The notes: generated by a model from the letters alone, not told the origin. A stretch of 62,180 nucleotides of DNA from Clostridia bacterium (GCA_017481225.1 JAFUPM010000058.1:1-62180); one strand, 5' to 3'. Positions 1 to 10,259 are shown, counted from the first letter of the stretch. Numbers and translations: made by a program.

Positions 1-622
<622 letters not shown>

Positions 623-665
623 TTAATAAGCGGACGAAAGAGTGCAACCCTCGCGCCCACGTATT

Positions 666-694
666 ATTATAACACTAAATTATTAAAAAGTAAA
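666..694 (-). promoter_or_regulatory. Candidate sigma-70-type promoter of the PFOR gene
   Basis: On the minus strand, TTTACT (694..689) is followed by 17 nt and then TATAAT (671..666). The site lies about 80 nt upstream of ATG 586. Confidence 0.35.
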
Positions 695-869
695 GAGGAA
701 AAACGAACTTTTATATGAAATTGACAAGAATATAACAAGCAATAATGGTTATTCACGCCGCAAAAAGCAAATTTGGGAGCATACCCCAAAGCACACTCCC
801 GTTCTTTTTGAGAGCCATAACGGAGCTTTACCGAGAGACTCTCGGCATTTTGAGGCTGCGTAGGCTCGT

Positions 870-1010
870 TTTTATTTGTTGTATTTGATTTGCTCGTTTT
901 GCTTTTTTATCTGTTTAATTCGACTTTACCCGTTTTGCTTGTTTTTGTCTGTTTAATTCGATTTTACTCGTTTTGCATGTTTATCCGTTTAATTCGACTT
1001 TACCCGCTTT
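870..1010. repeat. Tandem 36-38 bp repeat (3 copies) seeded on the 3' end of the MFS gene
   Basis: Units GTTTAATTCGA(C/T)TTTAC(C/T)CG... start at 913, 951 and 987. The 987 copy is the last codons (VKAGKVELNG) plus the stop (981..983) of the minus-strand MFS CDS. The other two copies lie just downstream of that stop. Confidence 0.8.
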
Positions 1011-2330
1011 AACAGCCCTGTCAAGAAGAGGTATGACCGCGAAAATCAAGAGCGTTGCAATAGCGCCCACAAGGAATATTTCGGGGGCGGGGATATACTC
1101 GGTTGTCATAATATCCGCACCTGCGTCCTCAAGCCTCAGACCCTGAGCGCGGTTTATGGCGTTGCCGATAGCGGGACCTGCCAGCATAGGTATCAGCACG
1201 CTGAACACCATTCTGACACCCTGGAGCTTACCAACAGCGCCCTCGGGCGTGTAATCTCTGACAGTAGAGCCGCACAGCGCGCTGACGAAAATGTATCCGC
1301 ATATCATAACGAAGCCAAAGATGCCGAACACAATAAGAGATGCGGTTTTATTCCCTCTGGGGGCAAGGTACATTCCGAAAAGTCCAACAGCCATAATGCC
1401 TGCCGCCACGTACAGAAGCTTCACCTTATCCATTCTGTCGGAGAGCCTGCCGAGGAATACGTTTATTACAGCTCCGAGGATTATCGCCGCGCCGAAAACT
1501 ACGCTGTATTCCACCACGGTAAAGCTAAGATAAGTTTTCATATAAATGATGAGATAAGGCATAAAAATTTGACACGCTATGCCATATACGAGGATTATGA
1601 GGAAGGAGACGTAGAGTGGAAGGTGACTTCTCACAACCGAGGGGCGGAAGCCGTAGAAAATGTCGCGCATAGTTCCCGAGCGCTCCATATCGGGGCTGTC
1701 CTTTACGATGAAAATTCCGACGATGCCGCACAGGCTGATAACCGCACCGAGACCAATAAACAGCGCGGTATATCCGATAGCCGAAACCAGAATACCGAAG
1801 CCGCCCGCCACAATCAGCATAGCGATGAGAGGAAGTATGGACAGCACGCCCTCAACCGTACCGCGAAATGCGGGCTTGGTGTTATCTGTGACCCACGCGT
1901 TAAAGGCGGCGTCGTTTGCAGTCGAGCCGAAAACCGTCATAACGCAGTCGCCAACTACAACGAGAATAAGCGTCAAGGACACGGCGCGCGCACCGTCAAG
2001 GGAGAATATCTTCCCCACAAGCTCGGGTGAAAGGCAGCCGAACAGCGCGACGGTTACTCCCCAGACAGTATAGCCCCAGGAGATGAGGGCGCGGCGGTTG
2101 CCTATCTTATCCGAGATAACGCCTGCAACCAGGGTTGTTACGGTAGCGGCAATACCGCTGAGCTGAACCATCAGAGTTACCGTATCAAGGCTTGGCGCTA
2201 CGGTTTCGAAAACAAAGAGGTTAAAGTACATATTTTCCACCGACCAGGCGAGCTGACCCACAGTGCCGAAAAGAAGCAAAATCATCCAACAGGACCTGGA
2301 AAAGGCGGGGGACGTGTTAAGTTTTTTCAT
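981..2330 (-). CDS. MFS-type transporter (oligosaccharide/glycoside symporter-like)
   Basis: The ORF is 449 aa with about 12 hydrophobic segments. AAAGGA lies upstream of ATG 2330. The gene begins 3 nt after the AraC stop, so the two are probably co-transcribed. The substrate cannot be inferred by eye. Confidence 0.75.
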   Translation of the reverse strand: MKKLNTSPAFSRSCWMILLLFGTVGQLAWSVENMYFNLFVFETVAPSLDTVTLMVQLSGIAATVTTLVAGVISDKIGNRRALISWGYTVWGVTVALFGCLSPELVGKIFSLDGARAVSLTLILVVVGDCVMTVFGSTANDAAFNAWVTDNTKPAFRGTVEGVLSILPLIAMLIVAGGFGILVSAIGYTALFIGLGAVISLCGIVGIFIVKDSPDMERSGTMRDIFYGFRPSVVRSHLPLYVSFLIILVYGIACQIFMPYLIIYMKTYLSFTVVEYSVVFGAAIILGAVINVFLGRLSDRMDKVKLLYVAAGIMAVGLFGMYLAPRGNKTASLIVFGIFGFVMICGYIFVSALCGSTVRDYTPEGAVGKLQGVRMVFSVLIPMLAGPAIGNAINRAQGLRLEDAGADIMTTEYIPAPEIFLVGAIATLLIFAVIPLLDRAVKAGKVELNG

Positions 2331-2333
2331 ATT

Positions 2334-3146
2334 TTATCCTTTCTGCTTTATGGTTTGGCGGTACTCTCTCGGGGAGGTGCCAACACGGGTTTTAAACGCC
2401 TTTCCAAAGGCGGAAACAGAGCCGAAGCCCGAGTCACGGGCTATACGTCCTACGGGGTCGGCTGTTGAGGAGAGGAGCTTTTTCGCTCTGCGGACACGCA
2501 GGTCGGTAAGGTAGTCCAGCACCGTCCTGCCCGTATACTCCTTGAAGAGCCTGCAGAGGTAAAACTCACTTATGTAGAACTTCTCCGACAGCGCCGCAAG
2601 GCTTATTCCCTCGGTGTAATGCTCATCAAGGTAGACGAGTATCTCCGCCATTCGGTCAAGGGTTGGAGAGACTATGCCGGGCTCGGGAGTCCCTTCTCTT
2701 TCCGCTAGGACGCTAGAGAGCATTCGCATAACCGCAAGGTAGGAGTCAAGAGGCGACACCTCGCCCTCCAACGAAGAGAGCAGTGCCGACGCATCAAGCG
2801 AAAGAGCCTCGGCGGCGTCCGAGGACGCCCTGACCATACAAAGCTCCCCCTCGGGGCGCGTGCCCTCGGGCAGATGGCAGACGGGAATGTTCACTATAAG
2901 CCCCGCATATCCTTCGCCGTTGACGTCAAGGCTTCTATGCTCCGTCTCGGGAGAAATCAGAAGGGTGTCTCCCTCCCGTATATGGTAAACACCGTTGCCG
3001 ACGAAAAAGTATCTTTCGCCCTCCACCACGTGATACAGCTCGTAGAAGGAGTGGGTGTGAAACCGTGACATATTATTCCATTTGGCTCGGTTGCAGCTGA
3101 CGGAAATGGCGGCTCGCTCCTCGCCAAAGCTTATTACGTATTTCAT
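2334..3146 (-). CDS. AraC-family transcriptional regulator (cupin sensor + HTH)
   Basis: The track ORF is 2334..3176. I prefer ATG 3146 (MKYVISFG...) because GAGGAGGA lies immediately upstream. It has a cupin-like HTHSFYELYHVVEGE block and a C-terminal AraC HTH (ISEFYLCRLFKEYTGRTVLDYL...GFGSVSAFGKAFKTRVGTSPREYR). Confidence 0.85.
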   Translation of the reverse strand: MKYVISFGEERAAISVSCNRAKWNNMSRFHTHSFYELYHVVEGERYFFVGNGVYHIREGDTLLISPETEHRSLDVNGEGYAGLIVNIPVCHLPEGTRPEGELCMVRASSDAAEALSLDASALLSSLEGEVSPLDSYLAVMRMLSSVLAEREGTPEPGIVSPTLDRMAEILVYLDEHYTEGISLAALSEKFYISEFYLCRLFKEYTGRTVLDYLTDLRVRRAKKLLSSTADPVGRIARDSGFGSVSAFGKAFKTRVGTSPREYRQTIKQKG

Positions 3147-3369
3147 TTTTCCTCCTCTTTTTAGGCTGTGGGACACGGCTTATCTGCCGTCCGCGGGGCG
3201 GTGTGTTTGCGTTCATTAAACATTTTACCATATAGAATAGCAATATTCAAGCAGTTTTGCCTTATTTCTTGCAAAAAAAAGCAAATTTTGCACATTCTAT
3301 TCTGCTAAAATATAGCTAAGGGATTTATCCCGCCTTGAAAATACATCAAAAGCTGAAAGGAACGCCTCA

Positions 3370-4521
3370 ATGAAAACCCCAATGACGTCCAAGCTCTTCA
3401 CGAAGGTATACGACCCCGTAAGCGGCGCGCCCCATTACGTACTTACGGCGAAGGCTGCAGAATACCAGCAGGGCTTCTACTTTATAAACAATTCTATGAC
3501 GCGAGACGGCAGATATTTATGGTTCATGCCTACCTACAATCCCGTATACGTCGGCGCGCCGCGTATGCTCGGTTACGTGGATTTCCTCACCGATGAGATT
3601 GTGATATGCCACGACACGTATACGAACACTCTTGCATACATCGACCCCGACACCGGTGATGCATACTTCGGCTACGGCAAATCTCTCTACAAGCGCGAGG
3701 TCGGCAAGGACAAAAAGGCCTTTAAGCTTTGCACTCTTAACATACCGGGATACGTGATGTCACTTGCGACACACCTGACACGCACCTCGGACAAAAATCA
3801 TTTCTTCCTTGATATACGCCGCCAAGACTTCGGTAACATTCAGGGACTTGTGGATATCCGCACCGGTGAGTTCGCTAAATGGGGCGAATGTGCGCACTGT
3901 ATGAATCACGGACAAATCAACCCGAAAAACGATGAGCTTGCTCTCTGCGCCTATGACGCGTGGACCAGACTGTCAGACGGCGTGAAGGTAAGAATACCAA
4001 AGGATGAAAACGGCATTTATCAGAGACTCTGGACCGTCTGTGCCGACGGAACGCGCAAAATGCACCCTCCGATGCACAACTACGCATCTCACGAGTGGTG
4101 GGCAGACGACGGCAAGAAGTTCTACTATTGCTGCGACAGGTACGGCATCTACGGCATCAACATTGAAACAGGCGAGGATATAACGGTTCTTGAGGGCGTT
4201 GACCCCTGGCACGCGCATTGCACCAAGGATGAGTCACTCTTTGTTTACGACGAGAAAAAGCTGGAACGCTATAACGGCGTATGGTATCGCGGCTGCCCCT
4301 CCGCCCTGAACTTCTACAACAGAAATACGGGTAAGCATCTTGTGGTCGTAAGCGAGATGCCCGAGAACGGTCACACCCCCGAAAATCAGAACAGCTATCA
4401 CATCGACCCTCACCCGAGATTTACCGAGAACGAGGAATATATCGTTTTCACAACGACGGAGCTTGGCGGATGCGACCTGGCGGTTGCCTCGGTTGCAGAG
4501 CTTAAGGAGATGACACAATAA
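3370..4521 (+). CDS. PL22 (oligogalacturonide lyase Ogl)-like beta-propeller protein, paralog 1, cytoplasmic
   Basis: The ORF is 383 aa with an AAAGGA RBS and no signal peptide. The C-terminal block YHIDPHPRFTENEEYIVFTT resembles the metal-binding THPHPSF..D..ILFTT block of Ogl, recalled from memory. It is paralogous to 8735..9889 and 10260..11408. Confidence 0.6.
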   Translation: MKTPMTSKLFTKVYDPVSGAPHYVLTAKAAEYQQGFYFINNSMTRDGRYLWFMPTYNPVYVGAPRMLGYVDFLTDEIVICHDTYTNTLAYIDPDTGDAYFGYGKSLYKREVGKDKKAFKLCTLNIPGYVMSLATHLTRTSDKNHFFLDIRRQDFGNIQGLVDIRTGEFAKWGECAHCMNHGQINPKNDELALCAYDAWTRLSDGVKVRIPKDENGIYQRLWTVCADGTRKMHPPMHNYASHEWWADDGKKFYYCCDRYGIYGINIETGEDITVLEGVDPWHAHCTKDESLFVYDEKKLERYNGVWYRGCPSALNFYNRNTGKHLVVVSEMPENGHTPENQNSYHIDPHPRFTENEEYIVFTTTELGGCDLAVASVAELKEMTQ

Positions 4522-4584
4522 GCGAAGCACGCGCCGTAAAAGCTCTTTTTTGGCAATATACCCGGGGGGCGTGTTAAAAAACAC

Positions 4585-4612
4585 GGGCAGTCAGGCTGCC
4601 CTGAGTTTTATT
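4585..4612 (+). terminator. Rho-independent terminator-like hairpin after paralog 1
   Basis: The stem pairs GGGCAG (4585..4590) with CTGCCC (4596..4601) and is followed by TGAGTTTTATT. Confidence 0.5.
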
Positions 4613-4792
4613 CGGACAATACTTTATTCCGTTTAAGCTCCCTCCGATATAGCAAAGGTGCATCTGAAAATGCTCAATAGCCCAAGGTAACAATATCTTT
4701 ACACTCAATCTATAATTCACACGTATTTAATTTTGAAAGGAAAAAATCACGCTGCTATCGCCCGCGGCAACTAAAATTAAAAGCGAGGAAAA

Positions 4793-7147
4793 ATGTACGT
4801 AGGCTACGAAAAAAACGCAAAATTTGAACATTACAGAGTAGGAACCCACATTCCCTGCCCACCCGAAATCACCGAAAGTGGCGAGTGGAAGTGGAGCTGG
4901 GAGCTGTTACTCAACACAGGACTTGACCTTGTCATAACCCTTCCCACGGAGGAGTACGTCGGTTCTGTTACCCTGCCTCTCGGTGAGGGATCCAAAATCG
5001 TCGGCTTTGAGGTTTTCGCTAGTGACAGGTCCGTCGGTAAATATATGGCGGAAACAGGCAAAACCGTAAGCGGAAAAATTACCGCACCCGTCGGTGTTAT
5101 TGCCTCTCGGCTCACCGTGAGAGTATACACGACTATATCAAGCTTCATTGTCGGTGATATTGAGATTGCCGTTGCGCGCGAGGACGGCGCGCCTCTTATC
5201 TGGCCTGTGCCAAAGCACGCGACCTTTGGTGAGGGGTACGTAAAGCTCGGCAAAATCGTTACCGAAAACGGTGCAGAAGAGGAGACGTGCGCTGCGCGCT
5301 TCTTAGAGCAAAGGCTCTCCGAGCGATTTGGCGCAATCCCCGAAGGAGATACGAAAGTAACCCTTAAACTCGACACGGGTGCCGCCTACGAGGGCGAAAG
5401 ACTGACTGTCGAGGTTCGGGACGATGGCATCACGCTGACGGCAGGCTGCCGCCTTTCGCTTATGCGCGCGGTATGCGTTCTGCTCTCCGTAGGCGACGCG
5501 GACGGCTTCCGTAAATGCTCCATTGACGATAAGCCCGACAAGCCTATGCGCGGCTTCCATATGGGACTTCCGAAAAGAGATAATATAGAATTTGTAAAGA
5601 GGCTTTTCAGATATATTCTCCTGCCCCTCGGCTATAATCAGCTGATGGTACAGTTCTGCGGCGGTATGCGCTACGACTCCCACCCCGAGATTACCGAGGC
5701 GTGGCTTCGCGGCAACGAGGAGGCGAGAGCAGGTCGCGCTCCTACCTTCCCTCACGACTATATGGGCGCTGAGGGTACGGTGCTGGAAAAGGACGAGGTG
5801 CGCGACCTTCTCGGCTACGCAAGAGAGCTTGGCTTCGAGATAATCCCCGAGGTGCAGAGCCTCGGTCACGTTCAGTACATAACCTACGCTCACCCCGAGC
5901 TTGCGGAAAAGGAGGAGCAGGACAAGGAGGTAAAGGACGTCCGCGCCGAGGACATACGCCCAAGCAATTACTACTCCCATTGCTACTGTCCCTCCGACGA
6001 GAGATGCTACGCGCTTATCTTTGACCTTATGGACGAGATAATAGAGGTTGCAAAGCCCGAGAGATATATCCACATAGGTCACGACGAGGTATACCACATC
6101 TCGCTTTGCAAAAAATGCAAAAAGAAGGCTCCCCATATTCTCTTCGCCGAGGACGTTGCCCGTATGAACGAGAGAGTCAAGAGCCTTGGCTACAAGACTA
6201 TGATGTGGGCGGATATGATTGAGCCTCTCACAGTAATCAAGCACTCCACCCCCGACGCGGCTCCCCTGCTGCCGAAGGATATTCTTATGATTGACTTCGT
6301 CTGGTATTTCAGATTTGATATGAATACCGAGGAGACAATATTCCCCTTCGGCTATCAGGTGATTGCAGGAAACCTCTACTCCTCTCATTACCCGAGATAC
6401 AGAGAGCGCATACGCAAAATGGACGGCGGTCAGGTCTCTATCTGGTGCGCCCTGAACGAGCATAAAATGGCATCGAGGGGCAAGTTCTGGGACGCTACCT
6501 ATACCGCCCAGCTGCTCTCAAATCCCGAAAGCTATGACACCAACCTGCGCGAGGTTTATTCCTACGCTATCGAAAAATACATTCAGCCTCTGCAAAGAGA
6601 TGAAATCCGCGGCACCTACTCGCCCGCAGGTTACGTAAAGACGGATATTCCTCTCCCAAGCGGAGATAACACGAAAATCCCCGAAGCCCTTCTTGCAAAA
6701 AGGCCCTCGGCTATCGCGGCAAAGGATATTTCGGTAAGAATAGACGGGCGATACGACAGACTTCTTATAGAAAACGCCACCTTGCACGTGGGCCCGAGGT
6801 TCACCTGGCTTGACCTTGTCACCGTCGGTGAATACAAGATAAGCTACTCGGACGGAACGGAGGAAACCGTTCCCGTGGAATACGCAGGCAACGTACACCA
6901 TCTCGGCGCAAAATACGGCGCACCCCTGCCCGAGGCGTACCACAGGCACTACGGCTACGTCGGCACCTGGTTTTCGGATTTGACCCTCAGCGAAAAGAAC
7001 GAAAGAGGCGAGGATATCACCCTCACAAGCTTCGTTTTTGAAAACCCCCACCCCGAAAAGGAGATAAGAGCCCTCTCCTACACGCCTCGCGAGGACGACT
7101 TCACCGAGGTTATAATTGCATCGGTTAAGGGCGCAAATAAGATATAA
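4793..7147 (+). CDS. GH20-like glycoside hydrolase (beta-hexosaminidase-like catalytic core with large C-terminal extension), cytoplasmic
   Basis: The ORF is 784 aa with a GAGGAAAA RBS. It contains IWPVPKHATFGEGYVKL (GH20 N-domain-like), KPMRGFHMGLP, IPEVQSLGHVQY and YIHIGHDEVY, where the D-E pair sits at the position of the classical HIGGDE. No signal peptide is present. Confidence 0.55.
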   Translation: MYVGYEKNAKFEHYRVGTHIPCPPEITESGEWKWSWELLLNTGLDLVITLPTEEYVGSVTLPLGEGSKIVGFEVFASDRSVGKYMAETGKTVSGKITAPVGVIASRLTVRVYTTISSFIVGDIEIAVAREDGAPLIWPVPKHATFGEGYVKLGKIVTENGAEEETCAARFLEQRLSERFGAIPEGDTKVTLKLDTGAAYEGERLTVEVRDDGITLTAGCRLSLMRAVCVLLSVGDADGFRKCSIDDKPDKPMRGFHMGLPKRDNIEFVKRLFRYILLPLGYNQLMVQFCGGMRYDSHPEITEAWLRGNEEARAGRAPTFPHDYMGAEGTVLEKDEVRDLLGYARELGFEIIPEVQSLGHVQYITYAHPELAEKEEQDKEVKDVRAEDIRPSNYYSHCYCPSDERCYALIFDLMDEIIEVAKPERYIHIGHDEVYHISLCKKCKKKAPHILFAEDVARMNERVKSLGYKTMMWADMIEPLTVIKHSTPDAAPLLPKDILMIDFVWYFRFDMNTEETIFPFGYQVIAGNLYSSHYPRYRERIRKMDGGQVSIWCALNEHKMASRGKFWDATYTAQLLSNPESYDTNLREVYSYAIEKYIQPLQRDEIRGTYSPAGYVKTDIPLPSGDNTKIPEALLAKRPSAIAAKDISVRIDGRYDRLLIENATLHVGPRFTWLDLVTVGEYKISYSDGTEETVPVEYAGNVHHLGAKYGAPLPEAYHRHYGYVGTWFSDLTLSEKNERGEDITLTSFVFENPHPEKEIRALSYTPREDDFTEVIIASVKGANKI

Positions 7148-7285
7148 AACGTTGGTTAAAGCGCGCAAACGGGATATAAAATACTTCGGTTTAGCGCGCA
7201 AACGGGATATAAAATACTTCGGTTTAGAGCGCAAACAGGATATAAAACACTTCGGTTTAGAGCGCAAACGGGGGCGCAAATCGCT
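7129..7285. repeat. Tandem 33-bp repeat (~4.5 copies) seeded on the stop codon of the GH20-like gene
   Basis: GCGCAAAC/GCGCAAAT units start at 7131, 7163, 7196, 7229 and 7262. The first unit contains the last codons (KGANKI) and the TAA at 7145..7147. Confidence 0.85.
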
Positions 7286-7579
7286 ACACGCCCCCCGACT
7301 AAACGAAATGCGCGGCGAAAGGGCGGCGTATATCGTGCCCGTTAAATCTACATAATTTCAAACGCACAAAGTCGGCACGTAAGTGCCGCGATACCGTCAA
7401 GGGTCGGATAGTCTAAAATCGATATACGGGCGTGTTTGCCGTTTTTTCTTCCGCAGTGGCGGAGGCACCAGGCAGGTGCGCCCGAAAATTGCACCTACAA
7501 GGCAAAGCGCGGTGCATATATAAAAAAGTGAAAAATTGAGACACCTCCCCCGACTAATATACATTTGAAAGGAACTAAA

Positions 7580-8665
7580 ATGACAGCAAAAGAGTTAGCC
7601 GTAATGTCGGCGGAAACTATGATGAAAAGGTTTGAGGCAAAGGACCTGCCTCCCGTTGGTAAATTCCATTATCACCAAGGAGTATTCCTCTCCGGAATGC
7701 TTCACACCTACCACCTCACAGGTGACGAAAGATACTATAACTACGCGAAGGAGTGGGTTGACTCTCTCCTTGGCGATGACGGCTTGCCGAGAGATATGGA
7801 GACCACAGCCCTTGACGATATGCAGCCCGGTATACTCCTCTACGAGCTATACGACAAAAGCGGTGACGAAAGATATAAAAAGCTTCTCGACAAGATAATC
7901 TGGCATATTGACCGCTGGCCCAAGAGCGAGGAGGGCGGATTTTTCCACAAGGACAACGGCAGGTCGGCTAATATGTGGCTCGACGGAATGTATATGGGCG
8001 GTCCCGTTACCGCCGAGTACGGCGCAAGATATGCAAGAGCTGACCTTTTCGACGAGGTGCATCACCAGATGTCGCTTATGCGCGACAGAATTACCGACGA
8101 GGAAACGGGACTTATGTACCACGCCTACGACCAGACGAGAAAAGCCACCTGGGCAAACCCCGTGACGGGCAGAGCCTCACACTTCTGGGGCAGAGCTATG
8201 GGCTGGTATGCCGTCGCAATGTTCCAGATTGCCGAGCTTCTTCCCGACACCTACGAGAAAAAGGGTGAGTTCCTCGCAAAGGGCAAGGAGCTGCTGGAGG
8301 TGCTGTTCAAATACCAGGATAAAAAGACGGGACTTTGGTACCAGGTAATAGATAAGGTTGACGACCCGAGAAATTGGCCGGAGACCTCCTGCTCCTGCCT
8401 TTTCCTCTATGCCCTTTGTATGGCAGTGAAGGCAGGAACGTTTGAAAAAGAAGCCGTCATAGATATAGCGTCACGCGCCTTCGAAGGCATCAAATCTATG
8501 CTTAAGCTCGGAGATGACGGCTATCTCGGTGTCAGCGGTGTTTGCATCGGAACGGGTGTCGGAGACCTTGAGCATTACTATAACCGTCCCACAAGCGAAA
8601 ACGACCTTCACGGCGTCGGCGCATTCCTTCTTATGGCTTGCGAATACGCGAAGGTGTTCGAATAA
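7580..8665 (+). CDS. GH105 unsaturated rhamnogalacturonyl/glucuronyl hydrolase (YteR/YesR-like)
   Basis: The track ORF starts at TTG 7565. I prefer ATG 7580, which follows GAAAGGAA. The motifs PPVGKFHYHQGVFLSGML..ERYY, GGFFHKD...MWLDGMYMGGP, GLMYHAYD, FWGRAMGWY, TGLWYQVIDK and NDLHGVGAF match B. subtilis YteR as I recall it. Confidence 0.85.
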   Translation: MTAKELAVMSAETMMKRFEAKDLPPVGKFHYHQGVFLSGMLHTYHLTGDERYYNYAKEWVDSLLGDDGLPRDMETTALDDMQPGILLYELYDKSGDERYKKLLDKIIWHIDRWPKSEEGGFFHKDNGRSANMWLDGMYMGGPVTAEYGARYARADLFDEVHHQMSLMRDRITDEETGLMYHAYDQTRKATWANPVTGRASHFWGRAMGWYAVAMFQIAELLPDTYEKKGEFLAKGKELLEVLFKYQDKKTGLWYQVIDKVDDPRNWPETSCSCLFLYALCMAVKAGTFEKEAVIDIASRAFEGIKSMLKLGDDGYLGVSGVCIGTGVGDLEHYYNRPTSENDLHGVGAFLLMACEYAKVFE

Positions 8666-8734
8666 TTTAAAGAGCTTTTACCCCTAAAAAATACAGAAAA
8701 AGTAAATCGCACTTTACATATTGAGGATTTTATA

Positions 8735-9889
8735 ATGAAAACTCCCGAAACTTCAAAGCTCTTCACCAAGGTAGTAGACCCGCAAAGCGGCGTACCGCAC
8801 TACGTGCTTACAGAGCGCAAGACAGCCTATCAGCAGGGCTTCTACTTCGTCAACAATTCTATGTCACGGGATGGCAGATATCTCTGGTTTTACGCCGTGC
8901 CCAACCCCGTTTACACCACTATGGACCGCAACCTCGGATACGTAGATTTCCTTTCCGACGAGGTGGTTATCTGCCACGACGTCCTCTTTGACGATGCCTC
9001 CCCCTACGTTGACCCCGACACAGGCGACGTCTACTATGCAAAGGGCAGAAAAATCTACAAGCGCGAGCCGAAAAAGGATAAGATGGCAGAGGTTGTCTGC
9101 ACCGTAAATATCCCCGGGTACATACTGAAGCTTGCAACTCACCTCACTATGACCTCGGATAAAAAGCACTTTTTCCTTGACGTCAACCGCGAGGACTTCG
9201 GCTGTATGCAGGGACTTGTAAATATCGAGACGGGCAAGTTTACCGAATGGACGAGAAGCTCTCACAACACCAACCACGGACAGATAAATCCCCAAAACGA
9301 CAGCCTTGGGCTTTGCGCCTACGACTCCTTTAGCAGAATGTCCGACGGCTCTAAGGTAAGTATTCCCTACACCGATGACGGCATTTATCAAAGACTTTGG
9401 ACGGTAACGTCCGAGGGCGAGCGCAAAATGTACCCCGCAATGCACAACTACGCCACCCACGAATGGTGGTCAGCCGACGGCAAGAAGATATACTACTGCT
9501 GTGATAAGCAGGGAATATACGGCAAAAACATCGAGACGGGCGAGGATATTGCCATTCTCGAGGGCGTTGACCCCTGGCACGCACATTGCACGAAGGACGA
9601 GACACTCTTCATCTATGACGAGAAAAAGCTTGAGCGTTACGGCGGAAAGTGGTACAGAGGCTGCCCCGCGGCGCTGAATTTCCTTAACAGAAGGACGGGC
9701 AAAAGCCTCGTTGTCGTAACCGAAATGCCCGAAAACGGCTTCACCCCCGACAACCAGACCGCCTACCACATTGACCCCCACCCCCGCTTCTCCGAAAACG
9801 AAAAATACGTTATATTCTCAACTACCGAGCTTGGCGGCTGCGACCTGGCAGTTGCTTCGGTTGACGAGCTTGTAGCTCTCACCAAGTAA
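8735..9889 (+). CDS. PL22 (Ogl)-like beta-propeller protein, paralog 2
   Basis: The ORF is 384 aa. Its N-terminal half is closest to paralog 3, and aa ~250-345 are closest to paralog 1. It carries YHIDPHPRFSENEKYVIFST and has no signal peptide. Confidence 0.6.
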   Translation: MKTPETSKLFTKVVDPQSGVPHYVLTERKTAYQQGFYFVNNSMSRDGRYLWFYAVPNPVYTTMDRNLGYVDFLSDEVVICHDVLFDDASPYVDPDTGDVYYAKGRKIYKREPKKDKMAEVVCTVNIPGYILKLATHLTMTSDKKHFFLDVNREDFGCMQGLVNIETGKFTEWTRSSHNTNHGQINPQNDSLGLCAYDSFSRMSDGSKVSIPYTDDGIYQRLWTVTSEGERKMYPAMHNYATHEWWSADGKKIYYCCDKQGIYGKNIETGEDIAILEGVDPWHAHCTKDETLFIYDEKKLERYGGKWYRGCPAALNFLNRRTGKSLVVVTEMPENGFTPDNQTAYHIDPHPRFSENEKYVIFSTTELGGCDLAVASVDELVALTK

Positions 9890-9941
9890 GCCGCAAAACA
9901 CCTTCGGTAATTGACTTACAAAGCTCGGGAAGCAAAGGTGC

Positions 9942-10140
9942 CCAAGCGATAGCCCGTTGACCTTGGAAAAAGCCGACGGCACACGGCGATAGGGTTGTAA
10001 CACTCCCCGAGGAAAGCACCCAAGCCAAGCGATAGCTCGTTGACCTTGGAAAAAAGCCGACGACACACGGCAACGAAGATAAAGCGTCCTTCGGCAGGTC
10101 GTACCCCTCGTCCAAGCGGCGGCTCGTTGACCTTGGAGTA
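9942..10140. repeat. Degenerate tandem repeat (~83-87 bp period, ~2.5 copies) between paralogs 2 and 3
   Basis: CCAAGCG(A/G)..GC.CGTTGACCTTGGA... recurs at 9942, 10025 and 10112. The repeated-peptide ORFs in the track here (9818..10177 and others) are artefacts of the repeat. Confidence 0.7.
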
Positions 10141-10259
10141 CGCGCGGCACCGTTCTAAGCCATCGGCTCTCAAACACGATAAAAACTATAAAATTTCAAT
10201 GATAAGACGGCTAAATTGCCCCCAAAAATATAACTTTTTAGCACCTAGGATAAAAGATA

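Noticed and set aside
2334-3176. Longer N-terminus (MSHSLKRGGK...) for the AraC regulator
   Set aside because: The internal ATG at 3146 has a strong GGAGGA RBS, whereas the upstream start has none.
6518-7355. ORFs 6518..7279 (-) and 7116..7355 (+) with repeated peptides (RKRDIKYFGL...)
   Set aside because: The repeated peptides simply translate the 33-bp tandem array, whose period is a multiple of 3 and so keeps all frames open. There is no RBS and no independent coding signal.
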